From assembly GCA_963713865.1 (NCBI GenBank), contig OY970208.1, positions 2,336,001-2,400,000 of the forward strand: a stretch of DNA of 64,000 bases, in the 5' to 3' direction. This DNA is from an uncultured candidate division Zixibacteria bacterium. GTDB lineage: Bacteria > Zixibacteria > MSB-5A5 > RBG-16-43-9. The notes under the pieces were generated by a model. That model ran no database searches. It was not told where the DNA came from and saw only the letters and a list, made by a program, of their open reading frames with translations. A program made the translations under genes and the position numbers. Shown here in pieces: positions 42,272 to 51,731 of this stretch. The first letter of the stretch is position 1; each line of letters begins with the position of its first letter.

Positions 42272-42616
42272 TTAGAAATTCCGCTCTTTAATCTTGGTTG
42301 CAGTATTTTTGATTTCCAGCCGTATCAACCCGATATTCACATTGGGTTCAGTTGTAACCACTAATATCCCGAAGCCAACATCTGTGAAAAAAAGTTTCCC
42401 CTGTTCGCCTTCAATCGTCATCTGTCTCAGGGCAGTAGTTTTTAATCTCTCTAAGGATTTCTGGACCGTGCTGACGATTGATGCCGCTAGAGCTCCCACT
42501 GTCTCATCCTGAAACCGGGTGTCTAAATCTGCGGCAATAATAATGCCATCATTTCCCACCAGCATACTTCCGGTGATACCGCTAGTCTTATTAAGCTCCT
42601 CTAAGATCTGATACAT
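42272..42616 (-). CDS. Stand-alone roadblock/LC7 protein
   Basis: LEELNKTSGITGSMLVGNDGIIIA..MTIEGEQG..NIGLIRLEI; ATG 42616 with SD GGAGG. Confidence 0.85.
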   Translation of the reverse strand: MYQILEELNKTSGITGSMLVGNDGIIIAADLDTRFQDETVGALAASIVSTVQKSLERLKTTALRQMTIEGEQGKLFFTDVGFGILVVTTEPNVNIGLIRLEIKNTATKIKERNF

Positions 42617-43493
42617 TTTTTCCCTCCTCCAATCCCGGGAGTTTTCCATATCTTTCTTTTATGAATTTTTTAAGCATCTCAGCTGCTCTTATTATTCGTA
42701 TACTAAGCAATTCATCTGTATTCCGGCTGGCTATAGTCACCAGGGTGAAATCTAAAACCCGGTTCAAATTTATCCACCTTCCGGATGTGAAAAACTGAAT
42801 CCTATCCACCCTGGATTCTCCTATCTTCTTTAAGATGTCAGAGTTCATCTCCTCCAGGCTTAAAGCTAAAGGAGCAATCTTTTCCCCATCCAACCCTTCT
42901 TCACAATCCTGCCCCACCAACAGACCTTCGGAATCTACTAAAAATGCTCCTTCCACTCCGGAATAATCTTTAAGGTAACTCAACGCATTTTCTAAAGTGC
43001 TCTCCTTTATCTCAGCTTTTGGATGAAGTGGAATTACCTCCTCTTTCACCTCGGGTAGAGGTCTTGATCTTTCAAGTTTTTTTTCTCTTTCCAATTTGTA
43101 GATCTTATCCCCGAATGAGAATTTGAAAATAAAAGGTACTAAAACTATCTGAAACAGAATCGAGGGAAGGTAAGCTAACATTCCCAGCTTCAGAGAAAGA
43201 AGTAAATTATAAGAGAACATAAAAGAAATAAGCACCCCAAAGACAAAACCTATGGTAATCCTTAGGAGGAGACTGAAAAAAGAATATACTAAGATTAGAG
43301 AAAAGGAGAGAAAAGGGAAAAGGAAAAAGTAAACCAGGATATACCATATGAACTCAAACGGAAAAAGAAAAAACGGGTTGATCCCAGTCTCTAAATTCTT
43401 TGGAAAAAAGAGAAGCGGGAAAACCGCCAGAAAAGCAGAGAGTATAAAAAGTTGTCGATATTCTTTAAAACTATCTTTATCAGGTTTTTCCAT
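42591..43493 (-). CDS. Membrane protein (about 4 TM) fused to a C-terminal roadblock domain
   Basis: Hydrophobic N-half; LSYLKDYSGVEGAFLVDSEGLLV roadblock signature. Confidence 0.75.
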   Translation of the reverse strand: MEKPDKDSFKEYRQLFILSAFLAVFPLLFFPKNLETGINPFFLFPFEFIWYILVYFFLFPFLSFSLILVYSFFSLLLRITIGFVFGVLISFMFSYNLLLSLKLGMLAYLPSILFQIVLVPFIFKFSFGDKIYKLEREKKLERSRPLPEVKEEVIPLHPKAEIKESTLENALSYLKDYSGVEGAFLVDSEGLLVGQDCEEGLDGEKIAPLALSLEEMNSDILKKIGESRVDRIQFFTSGRWINLNRVLDFTLVTIASRNTDELLSIRIIRAAEMLKKFIKERYGKLPGLEEGKNVSDLRGA

Positions 43494-43512
43494 CTTTTTG
43501 TCCTTAAATAAA

Positions 43513-44361
43513 TTACTCTTCAGCCAGTCGCCCTAAGATCTGGTCAACCCGTATCTTTAAATACCCTAAATTAGCTTCACTCCTGCATACCAATAACAAA
43601 ATATTTCTTTTTAGTTTAATTGTCCAGAAGCTGAACTCTTCTGCTTCTATCAAAAACTGCTCCAGGTTTCCGAAATTGAGCCTGGGCAAACCTGCTTTTA
43701 TCTCTCTGAAAAGCTCGGCGATAACTGCACCTGAGTTTTCCTGGTTTAAATCGATCTTTAATCTATTTTCTCTAACTAACCCATCCTCACCTACAACCAG
43801 TGCTGCCATAAGATTTGGCAGAGAGGTTAATGAAAAAAGGACTTCTGAAAAAGGTAGATTTTTTTCGACTTTTAGCGGCTCATCTTCTCCTCGAGCCGGT
43901 ACTTCAGGAGGTGTGAATACCACGCCTCTTCTTTTTTCCTCCTTCAAACCTTTCTGAACTTCTTCCAGAAGCGATTTGAGGATTGGGTTCTTTTTGTCAG
44001 TCGATAGAAGTTTTTCAACCATACTTTTCGCCTCTCTAAACTCACCTTTTTTGACCATTATCTGAACAAGAAGCTGTTCTGTAACCCGCGTCCTGCCATC
44101 TGCCTTTATGGCTAAAAGAAGTTCTTTTTCCGCCTCCGAATACATCTCCCGGTCAAAGTTGACCTTAGCCATAATCAGATGGCCAGCTCCATAATCTGGA
44201 TGGTTTTTTAATCCACCCCGGCAAATTTCAAACGACTTGTCCAGCTCTCCTTTTTTCCGGTAAGCTTCTGCCAGAGCGGCAAATATTTGAGAGTCCGGAT
44301 GTTCGGAAAGGATTTTTCGGCACTTCTCTATCCTTTCTTCCAATTCAAGCAATTCTGCCAT
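43513..44361 (-). CDS. TPR-repeat protein fused to a C-terminal roadblock domain
   Basis: FAALAEAYRKKGELDKSFEICRGGLKNHPDY TPR; LPNLMAALVVGEDGLV..ANLGYLKI roadblock. Confidence 0.78.
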   Translation of the reverse strand: MAELLELEERIEKCRKILSEHPDSQIFAALAEAYRKKGELDKSFEICRGGLKNHPDYGAGHLIMAKVNFDREMYSEAEKELLLAIKADGRTRVTEQLLVQIMVKKGEFREAKSMVEKLLSTDKKNPILKSLLEEVQKGLKEEKRRGVVFTPPEVPARGEDEPLKVEKNLPFSEVLFSLTSLPNLMAALVVGEDGLVRENRLKIDLNQENSGAVIAELFREIKAGLPRLNFGNLEQFLIEAEEFSFWTIKLKRNILLLVCRSEANLGYLKIRVDQILGRLAEE

Positions 44362-44396
44362 AATCTTTTCTCTCTAAAAAAGATATACCATAAAAT

Positions 44397-44424
44397 TTAT
44401 CGACAGTTTAAAGAGATAACTTTA
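44397..44424 (-). promoter_or_regulatory. Sigma-28-like promoter of the roadblock-mglA-mglB-pilB genes
   Basis: TAAA-GTTATCTCTTTAAACT-GTCGATAA (16-nt spacer), 35 nt before the ATG. Confidence 0.55.
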
Positions 44425-44484
44425 CTGTAAAAGAATACACTCTACCGGTCCGGGAAACGGATCTGTAGGATATCGTGACAGTTT

Positions 44485-44871
44485 TCAGCCGAGTTTCTTC
44501 CTTATCCGGATGAATCCAAAAACCAGTAGGATAAAGCCAAAAAACTGTAAAAGCAAAACAAAAGCTGAAATGCTATTTATCGCCCCTAAACTGCTCAGGA
44601 ATTCCAGGAAAATGGAGACAAATAAAATCGATAAGGCTATGCTTGATAAAACCCAGGCGGAGGAGAGTTCCCCGCCTTTAAGCAGTGAATGGATTTTGAG
44701 AGCAAAAAATATTCCGCCGCCTAACACTGTTAGGATAAAAATCGATAACAAAGCTCCTGCAAAGGAAACCTCCCCTTTACTCTGCTCCTGAGCCAGACAA
44801 TCTCTTCCGGAGAAAAAAAACAAGACTAAGATCATTAATCCCAGATGAAATTTTGATTTAAGTCTGAGCAA
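44485..44871 (-). CDS. Small membrane protein (signal peptide plus 3 TM)
   Basis: Hydrophobicity pattern; 9 nt downstream of the DUF4388 gene. Confidence 0.65.
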   Translation of the reverse strand: MLRLKSKFHLGLMILVLFFFSGRDCLAQEQSKGEVSFAGALLSIFILTVLGGGIFFALKIHSLLKGGELSSAWVLSSIALSILFVSIFLEFLSSLGAINSISAFVLLLQFFGFILLVFGFIRIRKKLG

Positions 44872-44880
44872 CCATCCCTC

Positions 44881-46086
44881 CTAAGCTATCTCCTCGCCTT
44901 TTAAAGCAAGTTTGAGAATTCTGTACAGATCATCCTCTATATCAAATTTTTTAACGATCTCCATCTCCTTCAAAAAATAATGAGCTGTGCTTTTTTTAAT
45001 CTCGCCAATCATCTTCCGGGTGATATCTTCTCCTACGAAATGATAGGCTAAGGTCAGATAACTTAAAAGCAAACTCTGCAATCCCTGAAAGATCTGATGA
45101 AATCTAATCTCTTCTGGAATCTTGTACAGAGATATATTGCGATAGGCTTCTGTTAATTCCCGGGATTGAATCAAGGTTCCGTTTTTCATTAAATGATTTA
45201 AAACCGGAAATATGGATTTTTTTTGATTTAGAGCTTTATCCCAGAGTTTTTCCTGAACCTTACCTAACTTCTGTACCAGAATTTTGTCCACAACTGAATA
45301 GCTGGTGGAGAATACCTGAAGCAATATCTCGATTATAACTGCTTCTTCTCTTTTTTTATCTTTTTTGGTTTGGGTTTTTTCGCCGGGGATAACCAATCCC
45401 TGATCCAGTAGCCTCAGCAGCGCCCTGGATGCATCGTATTCACCTAACGGGCTTTCCGCTAAAATATCCGGATAAGTTTTATCCCCGTCTACCATAAGCA
45501 GGGTTTTGAATTCACCCAGGCTAAGATTTATGGCATTGGACCCGATTTTAGGATTAGGATTTCCTTTCAGAATCACATTGTCTTTAGGAAGACTTTTCTG
45601 CATCTCCAACATCTCGTCGATTTTCCTGGTTCCTTCCATGATGACATTAATCGTATTCATATTGGTGGTTATCTGTCCCTCGACCGGCTCTTTGCCATCC
45701 TGAAAAGTAAAATCACCTTCCTTCCAGCTAAAAAGATTATAGACGATCTCCTCGATCTGCAGTTTCAAACAGGCCACCAGTTCCTCTTTTTTCAATAAAC
45801 CCATCTCTACAATGGTTACGCCAATCCTCTTGCCCGTAGTCCGGTGAAGTTTCAAGACCTCGTTTAACTCTTGCTGTGAGATCTTACCTAACCTTAAAAG
45901 AAGATTCCCCAGGAGCTCCTCTTCAGCATTAGAGGAAGTAGCATAAACTATATTCCCTTCCTGGAAATAAATTTCTTTTCTCTGAGTCTGGCGCATCAGG
46001 GTGAGCATACCGCTCTTTTTGCTGGAGCTGATCAACTGCAACAGATCAGGAAAAGAGACTGTATTTAGATTCCCCGTTAAACTCAT
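44881..46086 (-). CDS. DUF4388 (PATAN-like) domain protein
   Basis: MSLTGNLNTVSFPDLLQLIS..KSGML..IYFQEGNIVYA..LFSWKEGDFTF..IMEGTRKIDE. Confidence 0.85.
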   Translation of the reverse strand: MSLTGNLNTVSFPDLLQLISSSKKSGMLTLMRQTQRKEIYFQEGNIVYATSSNAEEELLGNLLLRLGKISQQELNEVLKLHRTTGKRIGVTIVEMGLLKKEELVACLKLQIEEIVYNLFSWKEGDFTFQDGKEPVEGQITTNMNTINVIMEGTRKIDEMLEMQKSLPKDNVILKGNPNPKIGSNAINLSLGEFKTLLMVDGDKTYPDILAESPLGEYDASRALLRLLDQGLVIPGEKTQTKKDKKREEAVIIEILLQVFSTSYSVVDKILVQKLGKVQEKLWDKALNQKKSIFPVLNHLMKNGTLIQSRELTEAYRNISLYKIPEEIRFHQIFQGLQSLLLSYLTLAYHFVGEDITRKMIGEIKKSTAHYFLKEMEIVKKFDIEDDLYRILKLALKGEEIA

Positions 46087-46087
46087 C

Positions 46088-48383
46088 TTAAAGCTTACCG
46101 ATTAATTTTTCCTTTCTCAAGGCTGTTTTGATTTGATACTTTGCTTCCTTAACCTCAATTACTACCGCGCCCAGCTTTGAAGTCTCGAAAATCTCTTTAA
46201 GGTCAGCCTTGAAAAAATTAAGCCTCTTATAGCCTGATATAATTAGTTTTAAATCATTTTTTTCATTCAGGTAATGACCTATCCAGCCTGAATCTTCTCC
46301 TTGCAGATTAAAACTTACTATATCGGGTTTTAACTTGATGGCTAAGCTTTCCGGGAAAGAACCTTCAGCCAGCAACAGCTTAAATTTCCCGTAACTCAGC
46401 ATCAAAGGGGGATTATGTTCAAATATCCCCCTTTCAAATTTTTTATCGGGATAAATCGAGAAAACCTTAACTCTTGACCAGAACCTGATTTAACTCTTTC
46501 AAATCTCTGATTCCGACTTTAGCTCCATAAAGTTTTTTTAAAACCGGGCTCCCATCCTCAACCACCCAGATCTCTTTCACCTTTATCTCTCTTAGAAGCT
46601 CGGAAACTTTTTCCTCTAACCTTTTTTCATCTGTAAGGATCAGCCCATCCAGCTGGTTAATCCCTTTTTTATAAAGAAAAGGAAGGATAATCCTTTCCAC
46701 CTCCTGAGGGTCTTCTGATAGATTTATCAATACTTTTTTGCTCTGGGGAGCTTCTACCAGAACTGCCTCACCTGAAGCTGAAAGATAGGTGATTCTCAGT
46801 TCGGATGACCGGTTGTTAAGGGAATTAAAAATCAAAAGAAAACCTACCCAGAAAAAACCCATAAAAGACAATATTAACAAGAATGCTTTTAGACTTTTTT
46901 GAAAAATAGCTGCAAAAAGAGAAAGATAAAAAGTTAAAATGAAAAGATAGGAGGGTGAAGAGACTTTCAAATCTGCATAAGGAAGGGAAGAGAAAAAAGA
47001 TAGAATTCTCAGTATAAGCTCCAAACAAAGCCAGTTGAAAGAAGTAAATACAATAGATAGCTTCAAGCTTAAAAGGCTGATCAGAAGTGAAATCGCCCCT
47101 ACCATAACTACTAAACCGGTGAGCGGTACGATAAAAAGATTAGCCAAAAGGGAATAAATAGAGAATTTATTAAAATAATAAGCTGTAACCGGATAGGTGA
47201 AAAGCTGAGCTGAGAGTGAAACAAAAAAGGGAAGCGCTATATAATATTTGAAGAACCGGTTTTTGAGTTTGGAGAGGAAAAGCTTCTCCAATTTTGGAAC
47301 CCAGAGGATCAAACCCAGGGTAGCCGCAAAAGATAATTGAAAACCGACATCGAAAAGAGAAGATGGATTTGCGAAAAGTATTACCAGGGCCGCCAAAGCC
47401 CAGATATTGATCAAATCCCTTTCCCGCTCGACCAGAAGTGAAATAAGGAAAATTGAGGCCATAATCGAGGCTCTAACCACAGAGGGCTGGTTCCCGGTAA
47501 CAAAAGAGAATATTATGATCAGGAGAAAAACTAAAAGTAATGAGACCTGGTAAGGTATCCTCAAAAGTTTGAAAGCTCCAAAAAAGACAAGAACAACTAT
47601 AGCCACGTTTGAGCCGGATATGGCTAAAAGATGAAGGGTGCCGGTATCGGTGAAAAGCTTATAGACCTCCTGTGGAATACCTCTTCTCTCCCCTAAGACA
47701 AAACCGCTCAAAATTGCTTGGTGAGAGCCGGTCAGGCTGCTCTTAAAGAAATTAAGAATATAATATTTCACTGGAAGAATTATCTTGGAGATAAAAAAAT
47801 TACCTTCCCCCCTCTCTAATATCTTTACTTCAGAATCACTCCGTAAATTCAGGCAACCAAAGATTTCCCTGGTGCTAAGATATTTTCTATAATCAAAAGC
47901 CCCCGGATTTTTGGGAGGGAAAGGAGAGTAAAGATAACCCTTGAGCTGAATCAAATCACCGTAATTGAAAAGGCTGGTCGGCTGTTTGATTTTCAAAAGG
48001 ATTTTACCGGTGGTTTTAATCTTCTTATGATTAAAAGACAATTCCCGGGTATCCATCTCTAAAAATGTTTTATCCTCTCTTATATCCGGGTCTTTACAGA
48101 TGATGCCGATCAGCTCAACCTTGCCATATTGTTTTGTGAAATTAGAGATGTGATTTATGGGTAAGTCCCTGGTTTTTAACTCGTATCTCCAGAATCCGGC
48201 TACGATCAAAAGAAGAGTCAGGAGAATAAACCAGGTCTTCTTTTCCTGACGAAAAAAGAACAGTAGAAAAAGTAAACACAAAATAAGGAAGAGTAAAATC
48301 AGTGTAGACAGGTTCAGGTAATCCCCCAAAAGAATCCCGATAATATAAGCCAGCAGTGCCAGAAGAGCTGGTCTGCGTTTCAA
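46088..48383 (-). CDS. comEC: ComEC/Rec2 DNA-uptake channel (apparent +1 frameshift at ~46478-46484; degenerate MBL domain)
   Basis: NPGAFDY, GTLHLLAISGSNV, SVVRASIM, GFQLSFAAT; the downstream frame VKVFSIYP..PLMLSYGKFKLL matches the MBL-domain tail; 764 aa if repaired. Confidence 0.88.
46443..46469 (-). promoter_or_regulatory. Sigma-28-like promoter inside the comEC 3' region, facing the DUF4388 gene
   Basis: TAAG-GTTTTCTCGATTTAT-CCCGATAA (15-nt spacer). Confidence 0.4.
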
Positions 48384-49963
48384 GTTTTTCCCCTCTTGAA
48401 TCCTAAAATTCCCAATACTCGCTCGACTTCCTTTATCTTCAAAGCTTTGGCAAAGAAAAGATAGCTAAAAAAAGAAACCATAACCATAACGCTTACCAGG
48501 ACCAGTTTCTGGATTAAACTCCCTTTATCTAAATCCACCCGGTAGAGAAAAAGAAAACTCTGCAATAAAATACCCATTAAAAAAGAGGCTAAAAGAATTT
48601 TCAGGAAACTGTCTCTCAAATCTTTTTTATCAAAAGGTCCAACCCTCTTATCCAGTTTATTAAAAAGGATGGACATATTCAGGACAGCCGAAATAGAAGT
48701 AGCTAAAGCCAGTCCACGAAAACTTAAAGAATGCATAAGGACCAGATTCAAGCTGATGTTAGCCCCAACTGCAATAGCACTGCTAATCACCGGCACTTTA
48801 GCTTCACCTAAGGCATAGAAAACCGGTGCTAAAACCCGGACCGAGGCATAGGCGAAAAGCCCGAGGGCATAGAGGATCAGTGCCTGAGAGGTAGCTTGCG
48901 TGTCTGTGTAAATAAATTTCCCATGTTGATATAAAAGGGAGATGATCGGCTTTGCGCCAACTGCTAAAAAGATGGTTGAGGGTAAAGTCAAGAAAAAGAT
49001 AAGTTTCAGAGAAGAGCCGCAGGTGGAGACAAGTTCTTCAAAATTTTTCTGTGCCGCCTTTGCAGCTAAAATCGGAAAGGTAACCGTAGCAACTGCAACC
49101 CCGAAAACCCCTAAGGGGAAATTCATTAACCTGAAACTGTAATTCAAATAGGAAACGCTCCCCTGGGGTAAAAGGGAAGCTATTAAAGTATTGACGAAGA
49201 TATTTACCTGAGTGGAAGCTAATCCTAATATAGCTGGAGTCATCAGCCAGAGGATTTTTTTTACTCCCGGGTCTTTCCAGTCCAGGATCGGTTTGTATCT
49301 ATACCCTGATCTGAACAATACCGGCACCTGGATGAATAGTTGTCCAGCCCCGCCTAAAAGCACTCCCACAGCCATCCCGATGATCGGTGTTTTCAAAAAT
49401 GGGGAGATTAGAAATCCGGCTAAGATCATCCCTAAATTCAGCATTGTCGGGGCTAAAGCAGGTGCTCCAAACTTTCCTAAGGAGTTTAAAATCCCCATAC
49501 AAACCGCGGCTAAAGAGACCAGAAGCAGAAACGGGAACATTATCCGCGTCAAAAGGGTGGTCAGCTCTATCTTCCCTTCGATCTTATTAAACCCCGGAGC
49601 TATTAAATTGACAATCGCAGGGGAAAATATTATCCCTAAAATTATTATGATAGATAAAACGATTACCAGCAGGTTAATCACTAAATTAGTCAAACGAAAA
49701 GCATCTTCTTTCCCCTGAAGAGTTAGCTTTTCAGTGAAAACCGGTATAAAAGCGCTGGAGAGCGCCCCCTCAGCTAAAAGGTCTCTTAATAGATTGGGGA
49801 TGCGAAAAGCCGCCACAAAGGCATCTGTGGCTAAGCCTGCCCCGAAAAGATAGGCGAAAACCTGCTCCCTTATAAGCCCGAAAACTCTGGACAAAAAAGT
49901 AGCAGAGCTGACTACTCCTGTAGACCTGACTATCTTATCTTTTGTTTCCTGAGTCTGCACCAT
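48380..49963 (-). CDS. murJ: Lipid II flippase MurJ
   Basis: SRVFGLIRE, AFRIPNLLRDLLAEGA, RLMNFPLGVFG; stop overlaps the comEC TTG. Confidence 0.95.
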   Translation of the reverse strand: MVQTQETKDKIVRSTGVVSSATFLSRVFGLIREQVFAYLFGAGLATDAFVAAFRIPNLLRDLLAEGALSSAFIPVFTEKLTLQGKEDAFRLTNLVINLLVIVLSIIIILGIIFSPAIVNLIAPGFNKIEGKIELTTLLTRIMFPFLLLVSLAAVCMGILNSLGKFGAPALAPTMLNLGMILAGFLISPFLKTPIIGMAVGVLLGGAGQLFIQVPVLFRSGYRYKPILDWKDPGVKKILWLMTPAILGLASTQVNIFVNTLIASLLPQGSVSYLNYSFRLMNFPLGVFGVAVATVTFPILAAKAAQKNFEELVSTCGSSLKLIFFLTLPSTIFLAVGAKPIISLLYQHGKFIYTDTQATSQALILYALGLFAYASVRVLAPVFYALGEAKVPVISSAIAVGANISLNLVLMHSLSFRGLALATSISAVLNMSILFNKLDKRVGPFDKKDLRDSFLKILLASFLMGILLQSFLFLYRVDLDKGSLIQKLVLVSVMVMVSFFSYLFFAKALKIKEVERVLGILGFKRGKT

Positions 49964-50059
49964 TCTTAATTAATTTTGCAGGGGTAATTCATGATTTACC
50001 CCTGCTTCCTGTCTGAATATAATCTATCTTCAAAACATATAAAACTAAATCTTTTTCAA

Positions 50060-50087
50060 TTGACAAACAAAGATTTTTCTTTATATT
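50060..50087 (+). promoter_or_regulatory. Sigma-70-like promoter of rpsT
   Basis: TTGACA-16nt-TATATT. Confidence 0.5.
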
Positions 50088-50115
50088 TACCCTTCAAAAT
50101 TGCAAAGGAGGAAAT

Positions 50116-50403
50116 TTGCCAGCGCGCAGAGTTACAGTTCATAAAGACGTCATCAAGAGGTTAAGAACCAGTTTAAAAGCCAGGGAAAGTAACCGGGAGA
50201 TCAAGTCACACCTAAAAAATCTGGTAAAGAAGGCGGAGACAAAACCCGATACTGAAAATCTCAAAAACGCATTCTCCCTTCTGGACAAAGCTTCCCGGAA
50301 AAAAGTCATCCCTAAAAACACTGCTTCCCGGATAAAATCCAGAATTTCCAGGCTCTTGAACAAAGCTACCAAACCAGGTGCCGGATCAAAAGCAGAAGCT
50401 TAG
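50116..50403 (+). CDS. rpsT: 30S ribosomal protein S20
   Basis: SD AAGGAGG plus TTG; KRLRTS..N..KS..K, LDKASRKKVIPKNTASRIKSR; divergent from murJ. Confidence 0.9.
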   Translation: MPARRVTVHKDVIKRLRTSLKARESNREIKSHLKNLVKKAETKPDTENLKNAFSLLDKASRKKVIPKNTASRIKSRISRLLNKATKPGAGSKAEA

Positions 50404-51559
50404 GATTTGATTTAAGAATAGTCATCAAAATCTCTAAGGAAGTAAGGCTGTTTAACTCTTTCTTTTCCAGATAGAGTTTTAAAAAGTCTATTACCTCCTC
50501 GAAATCCTCATCTTTCATTTTAAGGTATATCTTCCTGCAGAAAGAATAAAACCTCAACTCTCTCCCTTTTATTTTCATGAACTCCTCTTCATATTTCTTT
50601 AAATAAGCAAGAGGGGCTTCTTTATTCTTCAGATATTCTGAAGTAACCTGCCCGGCGATCCTCCCGGAGAGAAGTGCATTAGCAATCCCGGCACCGGAAA
50701 TAGAGTCAACCACTCTGGCTGCATCTCCTACAAAGAGAAGATTATCCTTAACCAGTTGACTTTTGCGGCTGTAAGCCGGTATCCCTCCAGTCATCCATTC
50801 TTCTACTAAAAAATTTTTGAACCTCTTCATTACAAAAAAATCTAATAGCTCCTTAGCCTTTTCCACCCCGGGCGGATTTCCAGAAACCGGAGTTATGGCC
50901 AAGCCCACATTAGCTGTATTTCTCCCCTTGGGAAAAACCCAGGCATATCCCCCCGGTGCTAACTTTGTGCCTAAATGAAATTCAGTACAATCTTCCTCTA
51001 TACTGTCGCTTTTTAGAAGATATTGATAAGCAGAATCCACCTCATTCAATTTCAGGCTGTTATCTAAACCTGCCCATCTGCCCACTAATGACTCAATCCC
51101 ATCCGCCGCGATAATTACCTTTGCTTGATATTCTAACTCTTTACCATCCTCTTTTACCTTTATACCGCAGATCTTCCCACGGTTATGGATTAAGCCATCT
51201 GCTTGAGTATTGAGTTTCAACCCCGCACCTGAGGATTGGGCTTTTAGAGCTAATTCTTTATCGAACAATTTACGATTAAGGACTAATCCCGCATTCGGGT
51301 AGGAGAATTTCAATTCTTTGCCGGAGGGACTTTTCAAAAGGATTTTATGAATGGGTGAACTTATCCAGGCTGGTTTGACTTCCCCGCAAATTGAAAGCCC
51401 TTTCGGGCTGATAGCTTCGGCACAGCATAAAGGTTGACCTGCCTCTTTATGTTTTTCTATTAAAAGTACATTATGTTGATTTTCAGCTAAGACTAAAGCC
51501 GCCATCGAGCCAGCCGGACCTGCCCCGACTATTATGCAGTCATAACTATCTTTCATCAT
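50366..51559 (-). CDS. Geranylgeranyl reductase-family FAD oxidoreductase (DGGR-like)
   Basis: IIVGAGPAGS, CAEAI, IAADG, APGGYAWVFPKG, VGDAARVVDSISGAGI; start at 51559 or 51556. Confidence 0.88.
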   Translation of the reverse strand: MMKDSYDCIIVGAGPAGSMAALVLAENQHNVLLIEKHKEAGQPLCCAEAISPKGLSICGEVKPAWISSPIHKILLKSPSGKELKFSYPNAGLVLNRKLFDKELALKAQSSGAGLKLNTQADGLIHNRGKICGIKVKEDGKELEYQAKVIIAADGIESLVGRWAGLDNSLKLNEVDSAYQYLLKSDSIEEDCTEFHLGTKLAPGGYAWVFPKGRNTANVGLAITPVSGNPPGVEKAKELLDFFVMKRFKNFLVEEWMTGGIPAYSRKSQLVKDNLLFVGDAARVVDSISGAGIANALLSGRIAGQVTSEYLKNKEAPLAYLKKYEEEFMKIKGRELRFYSFCRKIYLKMKDEDFEEVIDFLKLYLEKKELNSLTSLEILMTILKSNPKLLLLIRHLVW

Positions 51560-51731
51560 CCATCTCCAGCGCACCTGAGGGGCAGAAGATGACGCAGTCA
51601 TTGCATAGAACGCAGAGCTCTTCTTTTATCTTCAAACCCTGACTATCAAGCTCCAGTGCTTCAAAAGCGCAGACCGCTACACATCCACCACATTCCCCGC
51701 ACAGCTCTGGCCTTAATTTTAATTTGTCCAT
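51546..51731 (-). CDS. 2x[4Fe-4S] ferredoxin
   Basis: CGECGGCVAVC and CVLCNDCVIFCP; overlaps the reductase start. Confidence 0.9.
   Translation of the reverse strand: MDKLKLRPELCGECGGCVAVCAFEALELDSQGLKIKEELCVLCNDCVIFCPSGALEMDDER

Noticed and set aside
46088-46405. Independent 105-aa gene
   Set aside because: Reads as the C-terminal part of the ComEC MBL domain after a +1 shift.
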